This document shows positions 50,601-62,540 of a stretch of DNA of 64,000 nt, piece by piece (within the stretch, counting starts at the first letter, position 1; every line of letters begins with the position of its first letter). Position numbers and translations under genes: made by a program. The DNA lies in NCBI GenBank assembly GCA_043228905.1, contig JBHGNT010000016.1:1984001-2048000 (forward strand). The letters are read 5' to 3'. The notes below the pieces were generated by a model, which worked only from the letters and a program-made list of their open reading frames with translations, did no database searches and had not been told where the DNA came from. The stretch is from Azolla caroliniana (Eukaryota; Plantae; Polypodiophyta).

Positions 50601-51232
50601 TAGAGATAATAGAGTCTTCTGTTTGTGGGTATGTCATGGTGTAATTTCGTATATAAAATCTAGTGTATTTGCTATTTATCTGTGTTTCATCTGTAAACAT
50701 TGGTATTTCATATGTATGAATTTTCGCTATCTTTTTATTTTGCAGTGGTGGCCTAACTGTAGGTGTGGGTGGGGTGCTCAAATGGGAATTAAAAGACTGT
50801 TTGTTTGTCCATGAAATTTTGTCTTCATCACTCAATGATCCTGATGCTGCCTCAAGTAAGAACTGATAACGAAATCTGTTTTGTTTCTACAAATTCATTT
50901 TTCATTGAAGTGTGATATGTTTTTCTGCTTTCTATTACTTCAACCCTCTATGAATGTTTACTCTCTTAGACCTAATTTCTGTGCTATCAGTTTATATTCT
51001 TTGTTTATGGTAGTTACAGACATCACTAATTCTATAAGATTATGTTGTGGCAGGATGGGAAATAAGATGTGCTGAGATTTTTCCTTACTCTACTCATTTC
51101 AAAGGTTCGAAAAGCTCTGTAACAACAGGAAGTCAAAACTATTTGTTTTGCCAAAAATCAGAGACGGATAATCATACAAGTGGAATCATCGCAAATGGTG
51201 ATTTGGCTCGCTTACAGGAACTGAAAATATGA
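41678..51232 (+). CDS. NAA15: N-terminal acetyltransferase A auxiliary subunit NAA15, about 26 exons
   Basis: Spliced translation includes [17 protein letters not shown]|[94 protein letters not shown] and [18 protein letters not shown]. The stop follows QELKI. Confidence 0.97.
41880..43250. repeat. Degenerate minisatellite array in NAA15 intron 1
   Basis: A unit resembling TTCTAGAAG..CTCCTCCAAATGTTCAGAAGGAGGTCTAAGAAAGAAAGTA recurs at about 41915, 41980, 42070, 42255, 42435, 42570 and 42745. Confidence 0.6.
49474..49861. mobile_element. hAT-type MITE (family A) in an NAA15 intron
   Basis: Collinear with 7522-7920. The 8-bp flanks are ATATCTTT / ATATCTCT (7/8 match). Confidence 0.82.
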
Positions 51233-52415
51233 TATTCGATGGGCACTATGCTCTCAACAATAAACGTCTGAATGGATAAGTTTTGTTAGTGGCAGATAGA
51301 TGTGGGAGGTTCCCGGAATGAAGGAATGAACTATATATGGCATGTATTTTTGTCTGATGAGATTTTTTTTGGTGGAAATAAAAAACGAGGAGATTTTATG
51401 CATTTGATGTAACTGTACACTCTGACATAACAAAATTCCGTGGGCCATTTTTTAACAAAACAATACATGTGTAATTCTTTTGTGTTCCTTTTTTATAGTA
51501 ACCAAGGTGCAAAATCCAGTAGGTTTTTTTCTATGTATCCTTATGTCAGATTACGTGGGTTAGATTTTTATGCTTTTAGATGAAAGTGTAATAAGAATAT
51601 TGTGGTTAATTTAAATTGGTAGCTTGTTTTTTCTAGTTCTGTAATTTTTGTTTTAGCAAGTCTCGCTAGTGTAATATTGCTCCCATATCTACTCTATTAG
51701 ATAGTTATGGATCTTTGGATGAACACAGTAAATCATTGCTTGCCTTTGAATTTATATTTGTTCGCAATAATTAGATGTGCATAACCACTAAAACTATATA
51801 TAGCGTTTGTACAAATGTCCAAGAGCCTAGTGCCCATGTACTATAGGCACTTTCATGGCCGTTGTGTCCACCAGATGACGTGCATATGGAAATTCCAGCA
51901 TCTCAACATTTTTACCCATGTTATGTTGTGATTAATGTAGTGGCATGCTTGTATTATTATCAAATGACTTGCTGTTAGTTTAGCATAGAGGTAGATCAAA
52001 TGTTGCGTGTTTTCCTCGGGAAGGCCACTAGATGTAGTGATGAGTTGGGAGGTTGAGATTTAGATCGGCCTTTTGCTCGCTGTGTTGCATTAGTGATGAG
52101 AGCTGTAGCTCAAACGGGGGGTAGCACTCAAATATTTGGACCTAAGAAATGCTCTATTAGCATATATAAATAGAATACAAGATATACATTAGCGAGGCGA
52201 AGGGGAGGTATGGAACGTAGATTGCACTCATATTTTGTGTTGCCACAAGAACAAGCATACATAAAAAAGATGAAGAAGGAACTACAATGAAAAAGCTTCC
52301 CCACGTGTGAAACGGCCATGGACTGGCTGATTGACTGACTCACTTCCTCCCCTCCCTCTCTCGCTCCGTCAATTGCACTACACACCCCATTCCTATGCCT
52401 TACCATTCTCAAAAG

Positions 52416-52545
52416 CATAGTACGTAAAATTCGTGCTCGTCTAGCATAACATTCGGTTTCCTATATGTTTTCCAAACGTATACGAATGTTATTCAAACGT
52501 TCTTGTGTTTTTTTCATTTTGTGCGTATGGTGCATGCATACTATG
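52416..52545. mobile_element. Short hAT-type MITE (family B) upstream of GrpE
   Basis: The ends CATAGTACGTAA...CATACTATG match those of 19405-19643 in reverse orientation. No TSD is recognisable. Confidence 0.5.
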
Positions 52546-52755
52546 GGAGTCCAAAGTATTGATTCTATTCATTTCCTAGTTACCTTACCTTATTGGTAAG
52601 AAGTTGTTACACTGCAAGCCACTATTACGTCTTGGGTTCGAAACCCAAATTTACTCACATCTCTCTCTTATATATGTACTCCATAGTCCATGCCTATCTC
52701 TTAATTCATTCTCAGACAAACCAAGGCTTTTCTTTTCTCTCTGTATTCCTTTGCC

Positions 52756-54974
52756 ATGGCCAGCGCCATCGCCATGGCCTCCACCTCCTCTCCCTCTCTC
52801 CATGCTGCTCGCTCTTCTTTCTCCACCCACAATCTTCCCAGAGTCCTCTCTTCCCCTTCTCCTTCTCGCTTATGTTTCCCTTCCTCTAATTTCTCCAGGA
52901 TACGTTTCCTCTCAACCATCACAGCGCTGCCCAGATGGAACAGACAACACCGGAGAGCCGCGCAAGCTGAAGCTAAGGTTCTTTTTGCTCTTCCTTTTTT
53001 CATCACCGTCTATTTTTCTGTTTCGACGGTTTCTGCTCTTAACCTTAGCGAAACGGTATGACAATCCTGTTAAACCGCCCCCAATCATGTAGATTCATCT
53101 CCCTTCGTTCGCTGATTCACTTAGGACATTCAAAACATCACATAAGCTTGTAAAATTCGTCGTCTTTCTTAACTTGAGAATCTGGTGATTACTATAACTC
53201 GAGAAAGGTCAAATCGTTGAATTGTCCTTCCTTATCTTGAGAATGGTTGTGAAAATCCATTGATGCCGGAAAATTTGCGTGTTCTCTTGACCTGGATGTT
53301 AGATACATTGAGATCAGAGATGTAGAGAATCAATTCGAGATTCCATTGGAGATGTAGCAATTTATTGAAAATTAGGAGGAATCTTCCGTTTTCCTTCCCC
53401 AAGAATAGGAAAAGTAGTAAAGTTATCAGTTTTCTTATCCGAGAATATGTCTGAAAATCCAGTATAGATTTAAAATTGAAGCTCGTAAATTTATCTCTTC
53501 CAATAACTAGAGAGTGGTGATACCTATATCACATATGCTCATAGAATTGATCACTTTTAATAAATTGAGAATCCATTGAAGACATTATGTAATTCCTGCG
53601 TTTGTAAATTTTGATGCTAATTCGAAATTTCACAGAAATATTCGTTAATTCATAATAAAATAAATAAATACATTAACAGGTTCTTTAAACGTTTATCTAC
53701 TGCTTTAATATTATGTTTGTAGAAATTGATGTAATATTTGATATCGTACTTCGTCAACCTGTGGTGCGGTGTAAGACGGTAATGTGTGTCGGGAAAATAT
53801 GTTAACTTTTCAACAATCATCTATTTTGTAGGAGGTTGACGAGCAACAAGATACTGATGTAAGTGATGCTGATTATGAAAGCCCAGATGAGGAAAGTGAT
53901 GAAACTACTTCTGAGGAAGTATCGAGCCCTAGCGTAGGAGCACTTCTAAAAGATTACAAAGAAGCAGTTTCCAACAATGATGAAGCTGCTTTGGCAGACT
54001 TAGACTCCATCTTTCTTCAACTTGAGAAAGAGAAAGATACATATGCCGCCAAAGTAACAAGTCTGACTGAAGAAATAGCATTGGTCAAGGAACGTTTTCT
54101 TCGTTTAAATGCAGATTTTGACAACTTCAGGAAAAGATCTGAAAGAGAGAGGCTGGCAGTGGGTAGTAATGTCAAAGGAGATGTTGTCAATAGTTTGCTG
54201 CCCATGGTGGATAATTTTGAAAGAGCTAAAACACAAATAAAAATAGAGAATGAGGGGGAGAAGAGGATTGATAGTAGCTATCAGGGTATTTACAAACAGT
54301 TTGTGGAGATCATGAAAGGACTAGGTGTTTCTGCAGTGGAAACTGTAGGAAAGGAGTTTGATCCTAATGTAAGGTTTTATTTTCTTTGGGTTTTTTTCAC
54401 AGTCTTTGGGCTTTTTATCCAAGCATTATATTCTGGGAAAGTCTCCAACGTACCCCTGAGTCTTTCTTTATCTACCCAACTGCCGCTAGATTTTTATTAT
54501 TTCCCCAAATGTTCAGCAACCCTGAAAATGGAATAGATTGACAAGTGTAATTGTTCAAAAGGAGGTTCATCTAGACCATTCAGGAAAATAATAAACCTAG
54601 TGGTATTGTGGGAAATAAGAAAAAGTTAGGGGTATTCTGGAGTTGTTCCTCTTTATTAAATTATGGCAAGGTATAGGAGGTCTTATAAGTGTTGTTTATT
54701 GTGAAGCAAGCTTTTTCAAATCTTGTATTCTGTTTTATGAAATGAATTTCTCGCAGTTAACGACTACAAATTTCATTTGTAGATTCATGAGGCAATAATG
54801 AGGGAGGAAAGTGCCCAGTATTCTGAGGGGGTTGTAATTGAAGAATTCAGAAGAGGATTTTTGTTAGGGGATAAACTTTTGCGCCCTGCGATGGTGAAGG
54901 TATCTTCTGGTCCTCCTCCTCTAGAAGGTGATGGTGAACAAGTGCCTGAAACTGATGAGAAAGTTGAGGAGTAG
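52756..54974 (+). CDS. grpE: Chloroplast GrpE nucleotide-exchange factor (CGE-type), 3 exons
   Basis: Exons are 52756-52977 (Ser-rich transit peptide), 53832-54368 (RLNADFDNFRKR, LLPMVDNFERA, VGKEFDPN) and 54783-54974 (HEAI...RGFLLGDKLLRPAMVKVS). Confidence 0.95.
54435..54650. mobile_element. Degenerate Mutator-like MITE in GrpE intron 2
   Basis: Imperfect long TIRs GGGAAAGTCTCCAACGTACCCCTG... / ...TAGGGGTATTCTGGAGTTGTTCCT resemble the termini of 27956-28283. Confidence 0.55.
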
Positions 54975-55429
54975 GCCTCTATTTTGAGCCTCATTTTTGC
55001 TCGTCAACATGCACTGATGATGTATTCTTTTTATATTATCCATATTATATGAGCTGCTTGGGTTCCTCTGATGAGAATCAATGTTGGGTCCTATTCAGGC
55101 ATCACCTAGAGTTTGGTTAGTCATCTCTACTTTATTAGATTTATCATTTTTTTACCGTTTTATGTCATTAGTTCCTCGTTGGAAAGAAGTAACTGCCACA
55201 GTGAAGTGATATATTGATTTAATGATTGTTAAATGATATATCAGAGATGCCTGTCTGCTTCGGACATGTGACTGAAACAGAAAGTAAAGTCTAGAGGATG
55301 ATTGCTAGCGTCTTTGTGCAAATGAGTGTTTAGAATTTGAGGCTAATGGTTAGCATGTATAGGGTTTGATTTTGATTGAATTGTAGTATATGTGCCATAT
55401 ATCAACAAACAAACAAGTTTTGGTTACTG

Positions 55430-55680
55430 GATTACAGGGCTTAGGTATTGACGGTTAGGTTTTAGGGTTGACTGTTTTAGTTTCTTCAGTGTTGGGTTTA
55501 GCCTTTAGGCGTTAAAGCTTAGTTTTCTTGGGCTGAAGATTTATCTTTCAGTTTAGGGTTTTAAGAGTTGGGTATTTAGGGCGGCACATTGCACTTTTTA
55601 CGGTTAGGTTTAGGTATTGGGTTTTAGGTCGGTGCTGAGGTATATGGTCTAGGGTTTTAGGGTGTCTAAGGTTTGAGGCT
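55430..55680 (+). repeat. Degenerate interstitial telomere-like (TTTAGGG) tract
   Basis: Several exact TTTAGGG copies and many TTAGG variants lie on one strand within about 250 bp. Confidence 0.6.
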
Positions 55681-58600
55681 GTCATATTTTCTATTTATTG
55701 TTTCACGTTTCTTCTATGGCAAAGCAACCGTGCTGATGATGCAGGTCTAATCTAACCTTTCGGTGGCTATTTCTTGTGAGTGGATATGAACAGAAGATGT
55801 TTGGGAAATCTCACAGCCTAATAGTAAATGTGGCGATAATGACAATTATCAATTATTGCAGATTATTAATGGGTGCATCGAATGAACTCTAGAAGACTAT
55901 CCCATAGCACGAGAAAGATAATAGTGACAGAAATGTCTGGAGAGTGGAATATGAAGCCCTGACTCCAACGATAATGATATATTTCAGGCTCTGGCTTTAC
56001 CAATTATGGCACGGTAGAACATTTTTATCCAATCACGTGGACATATGAAACAAACTTTCACTATTAGAGATTCTCTATTCATTGCTTCGAGGTCAGTTCA
56101 GAATGATATCAATAACTATAGCAGTCTCTCTAGTTTGATGGTCCCAACCACCACTTCCCATTGATCATCACATATAAGGACTAGGCTATCCCTGTTTACA
56201 TAGTTCCGTGGACAGATTTTCATGCAGTAATTCTAGAAACTTCAATTTCTACATGCCTACATTCGCCTATGTTCAATGCTACAGTTAAGTTTTTGCTGAG
56301 GTGAAATAATCATAGTTTTGCTCTTCGAACTGTGTGAAATAGTCGCCCATTGCACAGCTCTCTAACATTTTTTTTTCTGGACTTGTTCAACCCTAGAGAC
56401 CAAGGTCCTTTCTAGTTCCCTCCTTTCTTCTTTGATGAACCATGGGAAGCACACTTTTTGCTTTTACTGGAGTTTATGGAGAGGAAAATGGCTTCAGGCA
56501 TATCAAAGTTGCTTTCCTTTTCTCTATCCTGTTCAGAATTCTGGACAGGATATATGCATTGGCTCCTTCCCGTTTTGTACTTGGTTTCACGAAGTTCCGA
56601 TTCTGCTTACTTGTGGATGGTTGGGACCATAGTAAGATAATAGTTGAAAGGTTCCATGTTGTTTTTGGCTTGTTTGCTGGGATGTTGTCCCGTCGTCCAT
56701 CCTGAATAGATTATTGGTAATCTGTGCTCATGCTTGCTGTAAACTTTCATTTATTTGAGAAGTGGCAATTCAATTTGGCCTGACCATAATTTGCGTATAG
56801 CAGGAAGGGAGTATATCGGCATCTACCTGGCAACATGTTGAATGAATGAATAGGGCATTATCACCCGAAAAACACTCCAATTTACTGCTTTTGGCCTCAT
56901 CTTTCACCCAACTACTGAGCTATGTGATGATTTTCAGTCCGGTTTGCTGTCCGTCATGGTTTCTTTTGTGACATGCTATGGTCTGGGCCTCCCTTTCCTG
57001 GTTGTGGTTAGTCCCATGGCTGTATGCCACCTTTTCGGCTGGATGAATACAGAAGCCAGCATTAGCTTTCCCACGAGACTGTCCAAAATTGTTCCAGTTG
57101 CTTGACCACATCTCAGTATCACTACTGGATATAAGAATTCTGGCATTCTCATTCTCAGAATTCCGTTCAGACCATTAGCATATACTACTATTTCTCCTGC
57201 TTCTTGTTTGATCCATAAAATATGCAATTTCATCCCCTATTGACATCAATCGGTTGGCAATTTGCTGTGATAGTTGGTATTTCTTTCATCCCCTATTGTC
57301 CCGTTACTCTACCTGTAAGCAATCTTGTTACCGTTATCTTCCATCAGATCCCTTTCTTTGGCACTTTATACCCAGAGCAGTCTCTGTCACTCATGGCAGT
57401 TCCTAATGAGTAAGATGGAAAGAGAAGTAACCTCATGACAGAATGAACCATTTCATTGATATAGAGGGAAAGGATTGGACCTTCCTCCGTTGTTATTATA
57501 TACTGTTGAAAGTGGAGCTATTATAAAGAGGAAGGGCATCCACACATATCTCTAAATCATAGGATCAAATTCTAGAGAGAGCCCCTCTGGGAAACTACCT
57601 TTCACAGAGCGTTATGGGAGCTAACGATTAGCAAAAAAAAGGATATTTGCTGTATATATAAATTGGACGAATGAATAGACAACCAAGGTCTTAATGAAAC
57701 TGCAATTATTCTAATTTGAGTCATCGTTTTCGGTTCCATTTTCCTGCTTTGCTGGTCAATTCTGGTCATCTGACCATCTTATTGACAACACAAGCAATAG
57801 ACTATAAAAACAAGAGAAGAAGGGAATAAGGTTAGACGAAGATGGACTTTATCAACAAAGTTACTGAACAAACTGGAAAGAGCACAGAAAAAGTAGGAAA
57901 GGTCAGTCCAACGCAACTAAGACATTATTGTAAACTTAGTTCGTTTGCAGAATGGATTGCTAGAAGATTGATCATGATGATTCTTTGACTGTTCTTCTTC
58001 ATAAATAATTTTCTGTTGTGATTTCAATCCTATAATATTTCTGGGCAGGGTTTGTCCATGTATGCTTAGAATGAGCAATAAGTGGTGCTCCAGAAATATA
58101 GACGAGAAAGCATGTTCTGAAAGCAGTAGGCAGCACTGATAGCTCAATCAGATGTGTAGTATTTAAGGATTATGGCTTGAGATTAAACTATTCGCATGAT
58201 GTTAGGATGTTCCTTACATTGGCAATACGTTGAATATTGCCTGAAAAATATCCTTACATTGTCATAGTAATCAATGTAGCCAAAAAACACCCACATGGGA
58301 CCTTGATGTTGCTAATATGCTTTGTATTTAATAGGGGAAATTCACTCAGGAGATATTATATATTTGAAGATATGTATAAGGTTTTTCAAATGCAGATGTG
58401 GAACTGGAAATGGTATAAATATTATTGTAATGCCAATTTAAATTGTGTTTTATGGATGTTAAAACTCTTTATGGTCTATGGGGGGTGTTTGGAAATAAAT
58501 TATTCTTCTAAAGCGCAGAGGTAAGAGAACATATGATCAACAAACCAAATTGCTAGTGGAAATATATGTATATATATATATATATTTTTTTTTCAATAGT

Positions 58601-59511
58601 TTACTTGATGAAAGCATGACGATAGCTTTCCTTCACAAAAAGACATCCCTAGATGTCTGCGTTTAAAGTGAGTTGATGCAGAATAATAGTTTAATAGAGG
58701 GCAATAAGTGGAATGATTAGCCAATCTTACTCTTTCATTTTCTTACGATGCGATGTCGGAACATGAAAGACATGAATGGAAATATCGTGATCAACTATTC
58801 TGTTGATGCCTTTGATGTCAAGTGGATACTAAATAATAATTCCTTTGGGCTCTGGTGATGTGATGTTGTATAGAACCCAATCGAAATTGAGCCTTTCATA
58901 TATCGAAGATTTCACTCTATCATTTCTATCTGTGTTAACAGTTAGCAGTTATGAGCATGTGATCTGTTCTAAAACTGCATTAATGCATGAAGGAACATGT
59001 GTATGAAAGGGAGTACACAATAAGCAAAGGCAACAGGGGTAGGTATGTGAATGTTGTCTCCGTGCTCTCACTATTTCCATAAGTGTGCCTTTTGCACGAT
59101 GAGAATGTGAACAAATGCAGAGTTCATCTTTGTTTTTGAAAGCCATGCAGAGTCCACATTTATTAAATTTTGCGTTGATATGGGATTCAATGCCTTCAGA
59201 AGAAAAAAAAAGGGAAGACCGTGATCCATTGCAATAAAAATATTTAATTCATAAAAAAGCTCTCTTATTTAAAGATACATGCAAATATATATTCCATGGC
59301 TTTCTTGAAGTCAAGGAAGAGGACTTGGATGCTTGGAGGATATGGCGGTACAGACTTATTATAGGTGGGAAGGGGGTTGTGTTCCATTGAACTTATATAA
59401 TAGGTAAGTGATTTTGAAGGTCTATTACGAATTAGTATGGGATCCTATAGAAGACAAAGTGAATGGCTTTCCTCACTATCTGTCTCATTACTATGGGATT
59501 TTGTTTTTGGC

Positions 59512-61069
59512 TTAGTATCCACCACCTTTGTTACCTCCCTCAGAACCCCCATGCCCATAACCACCACTATGGCCAGACCCACCACCACCATAACCGCTTC
59601 CGCCACTACCATACCCGGAGCCACCCTCGCCATACCCACTCCCGCCACTCCCGTAGCCCGAGCCACCCTCGCCATACCCACTTCCACCACTTCCGTATCC
59701 ACTTCCCCCGCTACCGAACCCACTTCCTCCGCTTCCATACCCACTTCCACCGCTCCCGTACCCCGATCCCCCCTCACCGAACCCACTTCCACCGTTACCG
59801 TAGCCACCGCTAGCACCACCATATCCAGAGCCTCCCTCACCATGTCCGCTACCTCCGTTTCCATACCCGCTTCCCTTGTTACCACCACCACCATAGCCAG
59901 CACCACCCTCACCGTGCCCGCTGCCACCATTACCGTAACCACCAGAACCTGTGCCGCCACCGTAGCCAGCACCACCCTCTCCATGTCCGCTGCCACCATT
60001 ACCGTACCCACCAGAACCTGTGCTGCCACCGTAGCCAGCGCCACCCTCTCCATACCCCTTACCACCACCACCATATCCTCCGGCACCTGAGCCGCCACCA
60101 TAGCCAGCACCACCTTCCCCGTTGCCATTTCCACCACCACTGTAACCACCACTGCTACCATGGCCACTGCCCCCACCACCATACCCACCGGCACTCCCAC
60201 CGTAACCTGACCCATACCCATACCCATACCCACTACCTCCTCCTCCACCACCACCACCACCACCACCACCACCTCCACCACCATAGCTTACACCCTTGTT
60301 GTCATTCTCGCCATAACCATAGCCACCTCCGTAGGCATTGCCACCTTCGCCGTAGCCACCACCACTTGGATATCCGCCATATCCAGAACCTCCATTACCA
60401 CTGCCATAGCCAGAACCACCTCCATGGCCACTTCCACCATGGCCAGAGCCACCTTGGCCATAACCACTACCCCCCTCACCATGACCAGAGCCACCTTGGC
60501 CATAACCACTTCCACCCTCACCATGGCCAGAGCCACCTTGGCCATAACCACTTCCACCCTCACCATGGCCAGAGCCACCTTGGCCATAGCCACTTCCTCC
60601 TTCACCATGGCCAGAGCCACCTTGACCATAGCCAGAGCCACCTTGGCCATAGCCACTTCCTCCTTCACCATGGCCAGAGCCACCTTGACCATAGCCAGAG
60701 CCACCTTGGCCATAGCCAGAGCCACCTTGGCCATAGCCAGAGCCACCTTGGCCATAGCCAGAGCCACCTTGGCCATAGCCAGAGCCGCCTTCACCATAGC
60801 CAGAGCCACCTTCACCATAGCCTGAGTAGGATTGGGTGTGAGCAACAAGGTTGGCGCTGGTAGGGGTAGCATCATGGGGGTTGGGGACATTGGCAGTGTG
60901 AGGGGTCAGTTGTTGGGTCTTGGAGACATGTTGGTCAGCGTGTTCGTCGGATGGAGAGGATTCATCGGTGGATGAGGATGAGGTATCGGGAGGGGGACGA
61001 GCTGCATGGACATTGTTGTGAGTAAAGAGAGGGAGTAGGAGGAGGAAGACAAGGAGGAGAAGGTGGCCA

Positions 61070-61100
<31 letters not shown>

Positions 61101-61110
61101 AAGAAGCCAT
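59512..61110 (-). CDS. Secreted glycine-rich repeat protein (cell-wall GRP type)
   Basis: The ATG is at 61110. A hydrophobic signal peptide (LLLLVFLLLLPLF...VHA|ARP) and an acidic/His spacer are followed by dozens of GG(S/A)G(Y/H)G(Q/E/N/S/G) heptads encoded by 21-bp repeats. The protein ends GGGY-stop. Confidence 0.92.
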
Positions 61111-61148
61111 GTTGGTTATGTGGTTATTGGGTGAAGCCAAGGTGCTTG

Positions 61149-61156
61149 TTTATATA
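61149..61156 (-). promoter_or_regulatory. TATA box of the glycine-rich protein gene
   Basis: TATATAAA on the minus strand, about 40 bp upstream of the ATG at 61110. Confidence 0.55.
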
Positions 61157-61499
61157 ATGTCTATGGGTGGGGTGGGGTGGGGTGGGGATAATGTCCATGG
61201 GCCCCTTCAAGCACTTCTATACGTGCTTTTTCTCTCTCGGGGAGTTTTTGCATCTCCTTCTGGCATCCAACAAACCAACACCCTTATACAAATTGTTAGA
61301 GTCATATCATGTTGTTCCCAGAGGGATGTGATGTGAGAGGACGATCGTGATGATGCACTATGATCTTTAGAAAGCTAGAAACCCATAAAATGAGTCTCCA
61401 TTGCACTGTGTAGGTGCATGGCATAGAGACATATATCAATGTCTATTAGAATCAGCTTCTGGGACAAAGCATGATTACAAACATGGGTAAATTCATGTT

Positions 61500-62540
61500 A
61501 TCTACATTGAAACAAAATTGGAAGCTCTACTTCGAAAGCTTCACGATCATTGCATACATTGTGTCACTAAGACAAATATATGATATGGTCATTACGAATT
61601 GTAATTGGGAGAAAAATGTGGTTTGATTTGATGAAGTGAAAAGCTAACTCGAATTGAATGACATCAACGGTGAACATTACCTTAAATTGTGCATTTGTGC
61701 CAATGCAATGTGACATATGAGAGATTTGGTCTATTTGTGTTTTAAGCACTCGGCTCACTACATAAAGAAGTTAGCCTAATTGTCTTCACCTAGGATGTCC
61801 AAATCCGTGATACAATTGCAATATTGTATGGTTGACTCATGAACTTGTGTGTAAATATTTTCATAGTTGATGAACCACCTTGCTTGTGCCTTGATGCTTT
61901 GTCACATATCAAATTGAAGGTTATGAATAGAAGCAATTGTATGACATCAAGATGGAGGTATGGCTTGAAGCAATAGAGAAGGTGGTGGATAATAATCTTG
62001 CATGTATGGGTGAGTGTAGTTTTTTCGCTCAACGAAGATGGTTTGGTACTTGTGCATCTTCACATCTCTCCTAAGCTTTGATTGCAAAGAACCTCATTCA
62101 CCAAAGTACATCATGGTTACTCTATTGAAATGGGTATAATAAGATCTTGAATTGGATTCCCACCGAGGGTAAATGACAACATTCAACAAGACACTCCGCC
62201 ACCTTGACGTAAATGGTTTGATACATAACAAAATCAATCATGTGCCTTTGAATGATCAAGGTTGAGATCACATTGAAGAGCAACAAATTCATGAGCTACT
62301 TTGAGCCACAAGATTTTTATTCACCTCAAATAGGCAAATTGGTGGAAATAGGCAATCCACTCTTCCATATATGTCATGTGTAAAGAAATAAGGTTTCGGT
62401 GTCTTCCTTTTCATTATCGTTCTCTAAGGTCAAATATAACCAATGAGACCAAAAGTGAAATGTTTTCACATAGCATGTGTGGAATTGATCAACAACTCTA
62501 GATAATCAAGAATTTTACCAATGGGTATTACGATTGAGAG
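61500..62540 (-). mobile_element. Decayed Copia-like RT/RNase H remnant
   Basis: The minus-strand fragment CIGTNAQFK...VIQFELAFHFIK resembles the Copia RNase H segment AIALAKNPQFH..TKHIEIRYHFIR. There are many stops. Confidence 0.45.

Noticed and set aside
59437-60890. Thr/Ala-, Val/Met- and His-rich ORFs overlapping the glycine-rich gene
   Set aside because: They are alternative-frame and antisense read-outs of the 21-bp repeat. Only the Gly frame has a signal peptide, ATG context and TATA box.
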